A stretch of 63,532 bases of DNA, counting the filler, from Basidiobolus ranarum (lineage: Eukaryota): assembly GCA_040143965.1 (NCBI GenBank). It is 26 parts of 26 records of this genome, joined end to end, with 100 filler letters (N's around TTAATTAATTAA, not from the genome) between each part and the next. Parts side by side here need not be neighbours in the genome. Positions count along the whole stretch, not along the records: positions 36,778 to 39,122 come from JASJQH010010322.1; positions 39,223 to 41,566 come from JASJQH010010323.1; positions 41,667 to 44,009 come from JASJQH010010324.1; positions 44,110 to 46,452 come from JASJQH010010325.1; positions 46,553 to 48,894 come from JASJQH010010326.1; positions 48,995 to 51,335 come from JASJQH010010327.1; 20 more parts are not named here. One strand, written 5' to 3'. The notes beneath the pieces were generated by a model. That model saw nothing but the letters and a program-made list of their open reading frames with translations, was not told where the DNA came from and searched no databases. A program made the position numbers and the translations under genes. Of this stretch, positions 38,533-49,834 are shown in pieces. Position 1 is the first letter of the stretch; every line of letters begins with the position of its first letter.

Positions 38533-39122
38533 GTTGAAATTAGGTATGTAGCAACTCATTATTTAGTAGTTTGTGTATTCATATTCTGATTATTTAGTAC
38601 TCAATTCTGACATTCAAAATCGTGTGTTTATTGCTCTAATTGATAGAAGTATCAATTAGATCACTTTTACCAATTTTCACTATTTTCTCAAAACTTCTCC
38701 AAATCATCTCAAATTTTCACCCATGCTTGAAAGGCATGTTTGTTATGATCCAAGCACATTCAATAGTCTTATTTCATAGTAAACTTTAAATTGGACATAT
38801 TTAATTCAATAAAACTCAAGTGTCTAATTCACAAATCCAAATCTAGTTCAAAACACTTCCAAATCCTCTAAACACTTTTGTCAGGTCATGAGCCCCAAGC
38901 TAGCTATTAAAATAATGTCAACTAGTACTATTACCAACATTTTTGCATCCACAGAGAAGTTTGATGGTGAAGACTTTCACCTTTGGAAGTTCAAGATGCA
39001 AATGGTGCTACAAGACAAGGACCTTTGGGGATTTGTTACAGGAGAAGAAATAGAGTCAAAGGGGCCACCAGAAGCTATCCTTGCCTTTCACAAGAAGCAG
39101 AGGAAAGCACTCTCTACACTTT
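38533..39122 (+). mobile_element. Copia family C 5' LTR, PBS (38884-38895) and gag start
   Basis: TGTTGAAAT...TTTTGTCA then GGTCATGAGCCC; EKFDGEDFHLWKFKMQMVLQDKDLWGFVTG. Confidence 0.9.
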
Positions 39123-39222
39123 NNNNNNNNNNNNNNNNNNNNNNNNNNNNNNNNNNNNNNNNNNNNTTAATTAATTAANNNNNNNNNNNNNNNNNNNNNN
39201 NNNNNNNNNNNNNNNNNNNNNN

Positions 39223-39725
39223 CCTACAACAGTGTCCCAAAGTCCTTTTCCATGCAGCAGCATTTTCATTTTACCTTTTCCAAACTTGATAACTAGTTCC
39301 ATCCAATTTTTCAGAAGAGGGAAAAGTTCCATATATTTGAGAAGTAGACATTACAGAGAGTGCAAGCTCAGGCTCATAACCTGTTAGAGTATTTGGGAGC
39401 CTGTTGGAAGTGGCTTGGAGAATTAGATGAATTGGTGGTTTTCACTTATTGATTTATTGAGTAGAAAGTTGACAATTATAGTTTGTGAGATGTAAACAAA
39501 CTAACATGTAGAATGTGTTAAGGAAGGTCCCAGCAATGTGTGTGCAAAGTTTGGAGCTTCTAGCACAGGTTTGAAGAACTATATATCTGTGAGCTCCAGG
39601 TTGGTAAAAATATTCTAAGTAATTTCCAATTGAGAATAATGGATAATATCTTGGTAAATCATGAGATAACTAACTACTAAGCTATATATGACTATATAGC
39701 TGTTTAGGCAAAGCTAATTTCAACA
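39223..39725 (-). mobile_element. Copia family A LTR, PBS and gag start
   Basis: Same organisation as 1450-1950. Confidence 0.88.
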
Positions 39726-40149
39726 GGTGCAAGTTGCGTCTTGAATTTCCATTCATGGAAATCTTCCCCATTGAATGTTGGAATATTAGTCATCTCCTTT
39801 TGGAAAGAAGACTCTATTTCACTTGCTGCTACCACACTGGAGGATCATGACATAATGGGGGTAGACTTTGGGTATCAGAAGCAACTTATGATAGTGTGCT
39901 TTAGTAACTTTATTCTTAAGAGTATGTAGTGACTTCTCCATTAGAGAAGTTAACATTTGTTTGAGATATCAAGGTGTTTGTGTAATACAATATAATAGAT
40001 AAGTGCAGGTAGTAATACATACTTGTTATAAAGATATAGAGATATTCCTATTTAGAATGTGGAGGCTATAGATATATTACTATCTGTTTTGGATATATGT
40101 TTCATAGCTAAAGTTAACTGTGATGTTGAATAAAGATTAATTATCCAAC

Positions 40150-41395
40150 AAGTTATATTCCTGATGGCTCTCTGAGCATCTCAATTTTGCTGGGGTGGAT
40201 GGGGGCAGTAGTTTCTTGCTTAATTTCATGCACCTTGAAGAAGTGCTTGAATAGCATTGAAGTAAATTCTCCACCATCATAAGCAGGTATATTCTTGATT
40301 TTTGTTCTAGTTTCAGTTTGCACATGTTTTTAAATCTCTAAAGATGGAGAGTGCTTCTTGTTTTCTTTACGTAAAGTACACCCCAGTGTATCTTGTATAA
40401 TCATCAATCAATGTGATTGAACATCTTTTTACACCTATAAATAAATTTTGTGTTGGTCCACACAGATCTGAATGAATTAGATCCAAATTTTTGCCAGATT
40501 GGATTAAACCAGAGCTCTTGAACAGTTGCCTGGCTTGTTTTCCTTATATATAACCCTTACAAATTTCCATTTTGATTGGGGGGTTGATTTGAATTTCAGA
40601 AATTAGGCAATTTCTGAGCATTTTGCTCAAATAATCAAATCCAACATGGTCAAATCTCTTATGCAATCATTGAATAGTTTCTTGATTGAAATAACTTACA
40701 TTTACACATAAACCTCTTGTCTTATATGTAAGTTTGTATAAGTTCTGATCTTTTTCTCCCAAAAACTACATAAAGCCCATTGTGATTGGTGATGGTGTAT
40801 CCAGACTTATCAAAACTGAATTTTAGCCCTGCTGAGGTGGTCCTGCATATAGATATTAAATTCTTGGTAATATCTGGAGCATGTAGTACATCCTAAAAGT
40901 ATAAACTTTCTCTTCAGAAGCTCCAGTTAAATTGAGTTGAATTGTTCCTGTTACAAAGTGCATACATCTCCCACAAAAACCTTGTAATTGGGATTTCTTT
41001 ATAATCCACAAACCAATATTTTTCATTTATGAAATGTTAGGAGGCTCCAGAATCAATATACCACATATGAGAGTCCCTGTTGGTAGATACTGACAGAGCA
41101 GATATGAACAAGTGATCTTCTGTTGTAATCACATTTTCTGATTTAGTAAATTTTTCTTCTTTTGCAATTTGTTTAAAGCAATTTTTGCTTGAATGGCTAG
41201 TCCTTTTACAGTAATCACAGAATGAATTACCTTTCTTTTTAAAGTGGTTTTGATGTTGATAGCAAGGTTTTCCATAGCCTAATAAAGTATTTTCTTCTTT
41301 CTTTTGGTTGGATACTAATTTGCTTAAATCTTTATCCAGATGCCTGCCAAGTATGTAATTTAAGGTCATATTATCAGTTGTTGATTATAGGGCTA
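40150..41395 (-). mobile_element. Copia gag zinc knuckle, protease and integrase pseudogene
   Basis: CDYCKRTSHSSKNC, WYIDSGAS, LDLIHSDLCGP. Confidence 0.9.
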
Positions 41396-41869
41396 TTACT
41401 ATTGAAGTTTATTGTCTTTGTCATATTTGTTATCTCTATATTTATGCACCCAACTGTTTCATATATCAATGATAAGTTAGTTAACATTACTTATTCAAAT
41501 ATCCCTTAACTGCAAATTGTAACATATATCATATATATGTGTGAATAATGTGAGATTTAGCAATTCNNNNNNNNNNNNNNNNNNNNNNNNNNNNNNNNNN
41601 NNNNNNNNNNTTAATTAATTAANNNNNNNNNNNNNNNNNNNNNNNNNNNNNNNNNNNNNNNNNNNNTTGCCCCAAAGATAGCTCATTTTACTCCCACAGA
41701 TGCTCTGAACACAACCCCAGTGTTAGTTTTCTGTATTTCCATCAAAATGTATAAATGCTTTATTTCTGGACAATAAACGATTATCTCACAAAGTTTTTCA
41801 CAACTCCACTTTTCTTAAGTTCCTCCAAACAGCCCATATTTTCCCAATAAGAGGGACAGTTGAGCCTGA

Positions 41870-42961
41870 ATTCACTGGCTCCTTTGCTTTTCCCTTGGGT
41901 TCACTAACTTTCTGTTGCTTGAATACTTCTTTAGCTGCTTTTCTTACTTTTCCAAGTCAACAATTGCATACATTTTTGCAATGTTTCATGAGTAGGCCTA
42001 TACCAGCCCTATTCCCTTTTGCTTATGGAGACCCAGGATAAGCCACATGAAATAAATACAGAATCTTCAGAGTAATGTCTGGTTTTTGATTTTTCCACAA
42101 TTGGCTCAAATCAAGGAGATTTTGGGCAAGATTCCACACAGTTTCTAAGTTGTTAAACCACTCATCTTCAGAACAAGAGATGGCAGCTCTGACATTCAGA
42201 GTCTTTTGGTGTGCTGGTTTTCCTATGAGATTTCTACTTTCATGTGCCCAAGCAATTTTGGGTTGTTGTGTAGGCTTACTGGTCTGGCACATATGCTACT
42301 ATGCTAGATTGTCAATGTGAGATTCATATGTATAGTGTGGGATTGATTAAAAACCCATATGAGAATGGATGGAGAGAGCAGCACATCGCTGTAGCTCAAG
42401 TATCATATTCTGAAGGTTTTGTATCTTTTGCTGAGTGACTCTCTAACTGTTGACTAGTTGCTTCCAAATGCTGCATTGGTTGCAATGTGGCAACATTACT
42501 GCTTGTCAAGGCCTGTAAAGCAACTTTGTAGTTTTTACTTATGATTGATACAAATCATTATGGTGTTCTGCCTGCAATTCCCTTGTTGTAATATTTCTGT
42601 CCAAATTTTCTATGGAGGGCTGTTCAATAGTTGCTAAAGTAGCCATTTTGGAAGTTGATGGTCTTGATGGTATTTCTGTTGAGCATGGTTCAACTATTGA
42701 TTTACTTCATAATTAAGGGATTACAATCTCTTCACTTGCACAATTGCTGGAAAGGAGCACATCTGGTAAGTGGATTCATGCTTCATCATTTTGTGAGTTA
42801 GTTCCCAGCATGTTCATGCCTATCAAAGTGGATAGTGGATTGCTTGACTGCTCATCAATTAAGTCCTCTGTTCTTGCTGGTTTTTTTCCTTTTATGCCAG
42901 CAGGACTTTGCTTGGAAGCCAATTTTGATTTAGATTTTGAATGCTTTTTGAATGGCATTGG
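41870..42961 (-). mobile_element. CACTA-like accessory ORF2, 5' part
   Basis: MPFKKHSKSKSKLASKQSPAGIKGKKPARTEDLIDEQ, overlapping the copy that begins at 26986. Confidence 0.75.
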
Positions 42962-43303
42962 AACTTTAAGATGGTAAACTTGGTGTAACAAAATTGATTA
43001 GAAACAGATTACAATAAACCAAATTTGCCACCCATTACTGGAAATAACTTGTAAATCCTCTGATGACTCATCTATGACAACATCTCAGCAACAGCTTATG
43101 ATATTGATGGGCTATACCTAAGATACCACCCTTAAATAAGCAGTGTTCTTTTTTCTACAACATCCTTCTCATGCTGCAACACAAACATTTAAAGAAGCCC
43201 TGCTATTATTTGTAAAAATCTTGTACTATGAAAGCCAGAGGCTTCATAGAAAAAAAAATCACCACATGGTCACTGTAAAAAGCCACCAGCTGCACAAGGC
43301 CTG

Positions 43304-43915
43304 GTGAATATTAACAATAATAAATGCACAAGATTGACTTTAGTTTTACTCACTAAGTCCACTGGGTGTGCTTTGCATCAAAGTTTTGGTAACACTGCCA
43401 AAAATCAAGATACTCTGGAGTTACCACAGTTATATGACTCAAAAGCTGTAGTTAGAAATGCAACTTTGCTCAAACCAGTACATCCAGACAACTTTGAGTA
43501 CATGCTGCTAGATGTTGACCTTGGTTATTCCAGTACTGATGGTGGATTATCAAAGATTGAAGAAGAAGACAATGCTTTTATTATAGAATCTTTGTTTTTG
43601 GCAGACATTAGTCCCCACATAATACTTACAGTAAAGGAAGCAGCTTTGATTATGGAGGAGTGGAGAGTTCAATACAATCTTAGCAACCTGGTGTTTGTTG
43701 GTTTTCTTACACTTTTATCACAATAGATTGGCAACTGTTGCTTGCCACACACTGGGTACAAGTGGCAAAACTTATCAATTGTATGACTTATAATCCTTCA
43801 GTAATCAAACTATCTTTGTGTCCAAATGGTTGTTTGGCTCTCACCAGTGATCTGAAAAACCCAAAGTCATTTACTGTTTGCACACAATTGGAAATCACTG
43901 AATCAGGTATATATT
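43304..43915 (+). mobile_element. CACTA-like transposase N-terminal remnant, divergent from ORF2
   Basis: EEWRVQYNLS..FLTLL and CPNGCLAL...(C)TVC resemble the N-terminal Cys motif of En/Spm Tnp2 transposases; another copy at 12278-12430. Confidence 0.6.
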
Positions 43916-44263
43916 GTTCATATTTGGCTTTGTTGAACTTTATTGTCTTTATCATAATTATTATCTCTATCTTTATACACCTAACTATTTCATATATCAC
44001 ATATTAGTTNNNNNNNNNNNNNNNNNNNNNNNNNNNNNNNNNNNNNNNNNNNNTTAATTAATTAANNNNNNNNNNNNNNNNNNNNNNNNNNNNNNNNNNN
44101 NNNNNNNNNCCGAAATCACTTGTTAACAGTCCATCAGCCTACAAGTAAGGTCACTTGACATGATTATCTCGGTGATAAATCTAATATTGAACATCTTTTG
44201 GCTATTTAACTTTAACATCAGGTAAAGGCTCTCTAATCAAATTTTCTTCGACTTTCACTTAAG

Positions 44264-45744
44264 ATGCTTTCCCTCGACCAAGAGAACACCCTATTTGACC
44301 GCCCTGGAAACTTAGACACAAACGAGGACTATGTTGATTTCACTATTGGTGCTCCCGGCTCAGACTTGCTTCGGAATGTCACCAAGCTTGCACTTGAGGC
44401 CTCTCAATCAGCATTGTCCGCACCGGACGCTTATAACTTGCTTCAGTACGGTGCAGCGAAGGGTTTGGGTACCTTTAGAAAAGGCTTAGCTAATTGGCTG
44501 GAGCATGAATATCATGATACTTCTATCGACCCGTAAGTTCTTTATTGAGTGCTTAACTCTATACTTTATCGTAACCTTTTTGAAGTTCTCGCTTAACAGT
44601 AACCTCAGGCGCTACTCAGTCTTTCACTAATATAGTCACCTTGTTTACGTGCCCTGATACTGTGTTTCTTATCGAGGACCCCACATATTTTCTGGCGTTA
44701 GACCTTGTACGTGAGCAACGGGCAGACTCTAAAATCTTACCTGTACCCACGGATGAGTCAGGTATTATGACTAAAAATTTAGAGGCATTACTTGAGAAAT
44801 ATACAACCAAGGATAAAAACATATGGCCGAATCGTTTCTCCTTCATGCTCTATCTCGTGCCTACCCATAACAATCCTACTGGTCGCTCCTTATCACACGA
44901 AAGACGTATTGAGCTGGTTAAACTCGCAGCGAAATATGATATGTTGGTTGTGTGCGATGATGTATATGATATACTAAGATATGAGGACCATGCCAATACT
45001 CCAAAACGATTGGTGGCTTACGATTACGAGTTCAATAAGGAGGCTTCAGGTTTTGTGATTTCTAATGGAACTTTTTCAAAGTTGTTTGGTCCCGGGGTAA
45101 ATGGTTTTTATTACGAGATCCAATAGGATATCAATAGTTCGTTAACTTCCTATCTAGATTCGATTAGGTTGGGTAGAAGCAAAAGAAAGCTTAATCAATA
45201 CACTAAGTCAAAGGTAATCTTCCAAGAAACATTCTTTTGAGTAGAACAAGACTTCTAAATCTGTCTACTAGTGGGCTAAACAACAGCGGCGGAAGCCCAA
45301 ATCAGCTCGCTTCAGGTATGTCCTACCATTCGTATCCATATTCCCTCTGAATGCTAGTTAACTTTTATTTCAGGTATCATGACGGATTTGCTTGTCAGCG
45401 GGAAACTTTCGAAGTTTGTTGACGATCTTCGAACCACTTACGCAAACCGTATGCACGCTTTGATGAAAGTCCTTAAGAGCCAGCTACCTCCAACTTGTGA
45501 AGTTCTACATCCCAAGGGTGGCTATTTCGTATGGATCATTCTTCCAGAACACATCAACACTCGTGATCTCTTGGAACGTTGTCGTAAGGAGACCCATGTC
45601 AATTTCTCACCTGGAGATCGATTTTCTCTAGCTGGTAATACCAATCATTGTTTACGATTATGCTTTGCTTATAACAGTGAAGACAATATTGTTAGTGGCG
45701 CTGAAAGGTTGTGCCGATTCTTGACGACCTATTTATCCAGCTAA
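44264..45744 (+). CDS. PLP-dependent class I/II aminotransferase (2-aminoadipate/aromatic transaminase, YER152C-like), ~5 exons
   Basis: LQYG, SGATQS, EDPTYFLA, YLVPTHNNPTG, DDVYD, GTFSKLFGPG|IRLGW (PLP lysine), GGYFVWI, LRLCFA. Confidence 0.92.
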
Positions 45745-46220
45745 TTTAGCCTCAATGTATGGTCATTCCTGTGTTGTCAATATCATAATCCATTTGGTTG
45801 TGCCTTGTAACATTGTACTACTATTTTCCTCAACATCATTACGAAAATACATTGTCTCATTTCTCTTCTATTCGATATTTTAATCGTATCACTTGAAGTA
45901 TTACAATGAGAGTCGTAATAAAACTTCTCAAGAGCTGATCTTGTTACACTTCATGTGATACTTTTTCTTTTGTAATTAATTCGACCATTATTGAAGTGTT
46001 CATATTGCCACTTATTTAGGTGGCTGTGTAAAAATGATGTATTGCTTATTGTTCTCGCAAGTAGTGAGTATGATTGACAGAATTTTTGAGTGATGGAAAG
46101 AGTTTCAATGGACTCTAATATGACTCATAAGATCACTTTGTATTGTAGCTGGAAATACAGAATGAAGCAGGAAGACTATGCTCACAATATCTATGAGGAA
46201 GGAGTAACATGGCTTGGAGA

Positions 46221-46440
46221 TTGTTAAAGTATTTGGGAGCCTGTTGGAAGTGGTTTGGAGAATTGGAGAAGTAGGTGGTATTCACCTATTGATTTATTGA
46301 GTTAAAAGTTGACATTTATAGTTTTGTCAAGAAGTAAACAAACAAAAATGTAGAATGTGTTAAGGAAGGTCCCAGGAACATGTGTGCCAAGTTTGGGACT
46401 TCTAGTGCAAGTGTGAAAAAATCTATATACCAGAGAAGTG
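46221..46440 (-). mobile_element. Copia family A LTR fragment
   Basis: TGTTAAAGTATTTGGGAGCC..., matching 1604 onward. Confidence 0.85.
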
Positions 46441-46552
46441 TTAATGTTTTTTNNNNNNNNNNNNNNNNNNNNNNNNNNNNNNNNNNNNNNNNNNNNTTAA
46501 TTAATTAANNNNNNNNNNNNNNNNNNNNNNNNNNNNNNNNNNNNNNNNNNNN

Positions 46553-46853
46553 GCTTCGACAGATGGAGGCCAATATCAGTGCACGTGAAGCTGCCACCAT
46601 TAAGCGTGAAGCTGAACTCAAAGAACGTGAGCAGCATATTGAGCAAAGAGAAATGGAGCTCAAAGCCATCCGTGCCAAGCTTCTGAGCACTCCTAAAAAA
46701 GAATATGACTTTATGGAAATTTCGAATTTAAGTGTTCCCGGGCGTAATAATCATGCTCCTACCATAAACGAAAATCAACGACTAACGAATATGATGGATG
46801 AGGATGATGATATTCCTTCTCCATTCCTCAAACGTCGCCCTACTATCGCTTAA
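46553..46853 (+). CDS. C-terminus of a coiled-coil protein (possibly a NIMA/Nek2-type kinase tail)
   Basis: Open frame from the contig edge, E/R-rich coiled coil, terminal DDIPSPFLKRR; family assignment tentative. Confidence 0.55.
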
Positions 46854-47357
46854 TTTAAATCATTAATATTAGATTTTGAAATTTTACGATGTTGTATCTT
46901 CAGAGTTTCTACACATCTCCATCTGCGCAAATCTTCTTGCCTCAACAAATATTTGTAAGTGAACATTCCTCACCACTTTCTCTTTTCACAGCGCAATCTT
47001 TTGACGTTATCTTTTTGTGAACAGGGATGCACATTTGTTGCAATCAATTTTTTCTTGTTTTGTATGATATTACCGTCCCCTTTCGAAGTAAATTCGATTT
47101 TTTATTATTAACTCGGAAAATAAATAGGTTATCTAAAGAATTATCCGTCTAGATTGATAGTCACCAAGTTGGGGTGAAAGTATATTTTATTTCAGGTACA
47201 CAAATAGAGGCCGTCACCCTTCAAAGCAGAAGAGTTGGAGTAAATTACTAACAATGAAGGGCTACACGACCTCTCAACCAAATAGTTCGGTGTACGGATA
47301 TGTCATGGATGAAATGTGATTGATATCGTGAAAAATAGTATGTCCATTATTGATGAA

Positions 47358-47981
47358 TTATTGCTTCAAAGAAGCAGCTTCTTCGACAAATTGATCAATG
47401 AACTTTTGGTCACGCATTCCCACGAACTTGCTGACCACCTCCCCTTTGAATATAGTGGCGACGGTAGGAAGTGAGGCAATCTGAATTAAGAAATGTTATG
47501 TGGCTGTTATATGGAATGTAATAGGAGTGAAGTGTACTTCATATTTAGCTGCGACGGTGTTTGCTTCATCCACGTCGAGTTTGACTAAATTAACTTTGCC
47601 ATTCTTTTCAACAGACTTTTTGAGAATAGGCGCCAACATACGACAAGGCCCACACCAACTATTCAGGGTTAATTGAACTTAATACTAGTCTCTTACTTAC
47701 CATATTAATCAGATTTACCTTGCGTAAAAATCAACAACTACGGGTATTTCACTGTTTTCGACCAATTCTTGGAAAGTCTCTTGGGTGGCTTCAAGAATCT
47801 TTCCATCGCGTACCAGAGAAGAGCTATGGAAACCAGCAATGGAGATACCACGAGGAACGGAAACGCCTAGATTTCGTTGAGGTTATGTCATATAAGTTAT
47901 CCGGGTCTGAAATACAATATATGGCTAATGCAAAAACCGCTTACGTGTTAATGAGCGAGTGGCGACACTAAGGAAAGACAT
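47358..47981 (-). CDS. Mitochondrial thioredoxin (4 exons)
   Basis: Spliced MSFLSVATRSLTR|VSVPRGISIAGFHSSSLVR..PVVVDFYAS|WCGPCRMLAPIL..KLDVDE..KYE|IASLPTV..KFVG; Arg/Ser-rich presequence; not in the ORF track. Confidence 0.93.
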
Positions 47982-48098
47982 TTTGTTAATAGGTACTTAT
48001 TCGAACTAACTAAAGATATATCCCCAAAGACAAATCCTTTTTAAAAGAATAAAATTATTATTAAATACCCCAAATATCAAATGGGATTTATAAACATA

Positions 48099-48894
48099 CA
48101 GCGTTTTAATCTAAAATGAGACGAATTAAAAAATCAATTAGACATTTCAAAATGGACGAAAACACATGATTGTTCAAAGACTTACTCTGTATCAAAAGTT
48201 TAGTGTTGCGATAACTACACAGGATTGTTGGCTTTTTTCGATGGTCAACTGCTGCTAGCTGACGAGATACCTCTTCTTTTATAGCCGGTGGAGAGCGGTT
48301 CCTTCAATCTATAGAAACGTTCTGGTCTTTCACCATTTTCACGCAAGTTGAAAAGAATATGTCTAAAGTTCAAAGTAGCAGCCATGTCACGATTCCAAAG
48401 ACGATGGAGAGAAACTTCAGTAGTTGCCTCAGTAGTATTGGTCACGACCTTTAAACACTGTTAGTCTTTGTACCTGAGCAGAAATTAAGTTTTAATTTTC
48501 AATATTTTACTTATAAAAAGCGTTTACTTTAAAAGGCCGTGACGATATACAATATGATACTTTTCTCATTTGTATAGTTTAGGATTTTGTACTTTTTTAA
48601 ACTTTTCCAGTTCACCGTTCTGGCAAGTAGAGCACAGACTTGAAGTTTTAAACTCGCCAAGGAGGAATAGCCGGAAGCTTTCTTTGGCTAGCATTTTTCT
48701 CGTTCCGACGCCTCTATTGGGCTCAGGATACTTTGCATTTCCAGCCGACCAGTTACCAAGTATTAATATAGTACCATTCCCGAACTTCTCTCGAAGATTC
48801 TTGGCAAGCCGTTTGTCTGATTGTAGTTGATTATTGAAACTTGAGAGCTTCATTTTTCTAAAAGGTAACAAACCGCTGGTACGCTGGTCTTCTC
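48099..48894 (-). mobile_element. Right part of a Fanzor-carrying, probably Tc1/mariner-type transposon
   Basis: Candidate terminus TA|CAGCGTTTTAATCTAAAATGAGACGAA at 48097-48125, subterminal direct repeat AAAATG(A)GACGAA, Fanzor 3' end immediately inside. Confidence 0.6.
48245..48894 (-). pseudogene. Fanzor1 (eukaryotic TnpB-like RuvC nuclease), C-terminal half with a 54-bp intron and two premature stops
   Basis: LPFRKMKL..LILGNWS..EP.RG.G.RKML..GEFKTSSLCSTC..HGLLK|..QC..RLWNRDMAATLNFRHIL..GERPERF; intron 48474-48527; stops at 48566-48568 and 48461-48463. Confidence 0.9.
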
Positions 48895-49834
48895 NNNNNN
48901 NNNNNNNNNNNNNNNNNNNNNNNNNNNNNNNNNNNNNNTTAATTAATTAANNNNNNNNNNNNNNNNNNNNNNNNNNNNNNNNNNNNNNNNNNNNCATCTG
49001 TGGGAGTAAAATGAGCTATCTTTGGGGCAATTTGGATGAGTTTGAAATTTCCAATATGTAATTGCTAATTCTCACATAATTCACATATATATATAATATA
49101 TGTTCTGTTTTTCAGCTAAGTGATATTTGACTAATTAATGTTGACTAACTAATATGTGATATATGAAATAGTTAGGTGTATAAAGATAGGGATAACATAT
49201 ATGATAAAGACAATAAACTTCAACATCTTAGAACTGTTGAAGCAGGTATATCAGCAGAGCAGATCTAACTAATATATGTCTTGGGAGTAGCAGTAGGTTA
49301 CTATGTTACAGTAGAGAGTAGGTTTGCTAGGCAGCTAGGCTTGGTGTTCTGTAGGTGCTAGGGGATTCTAGGCTTGGATCGAAATGAGAGGGAAATATTG
49401 AATTTGTTGAGAAACACTGAGAAGTGTTGAGATCCTATATTTGTTGAGACACCCACTAAACCAAAAGGTTCAGTTAGCTTTACCTATACTTTTTGATAGC
49501 AAAGTGAATTAATCATCACCAAGATATTAGATGACTAATTCTGATATAAGAAAATGTGATTGGATAGATAGATAAGTGAGTCATGCATCAGCTGAAGTGT
49601 TGGCAGTGAAAGATCATCGGTTATGAATCTAGCGACTGATATTGACTTGTGTCTAGGCAGATGACTCAGGGTTTAATATGGATTGGATAATGATCATGTG
49701 ATTGGTCATATGATCTGATAGGAGGGATAAGCAAATAGATAATTAGTCAGGTCATAGGTCACATGATAAAGTCACTGGATGAGTTCAAGTGACTAGTTAG
49801 TGATATTGATAAACTAAACAGATATTCAAACAAG

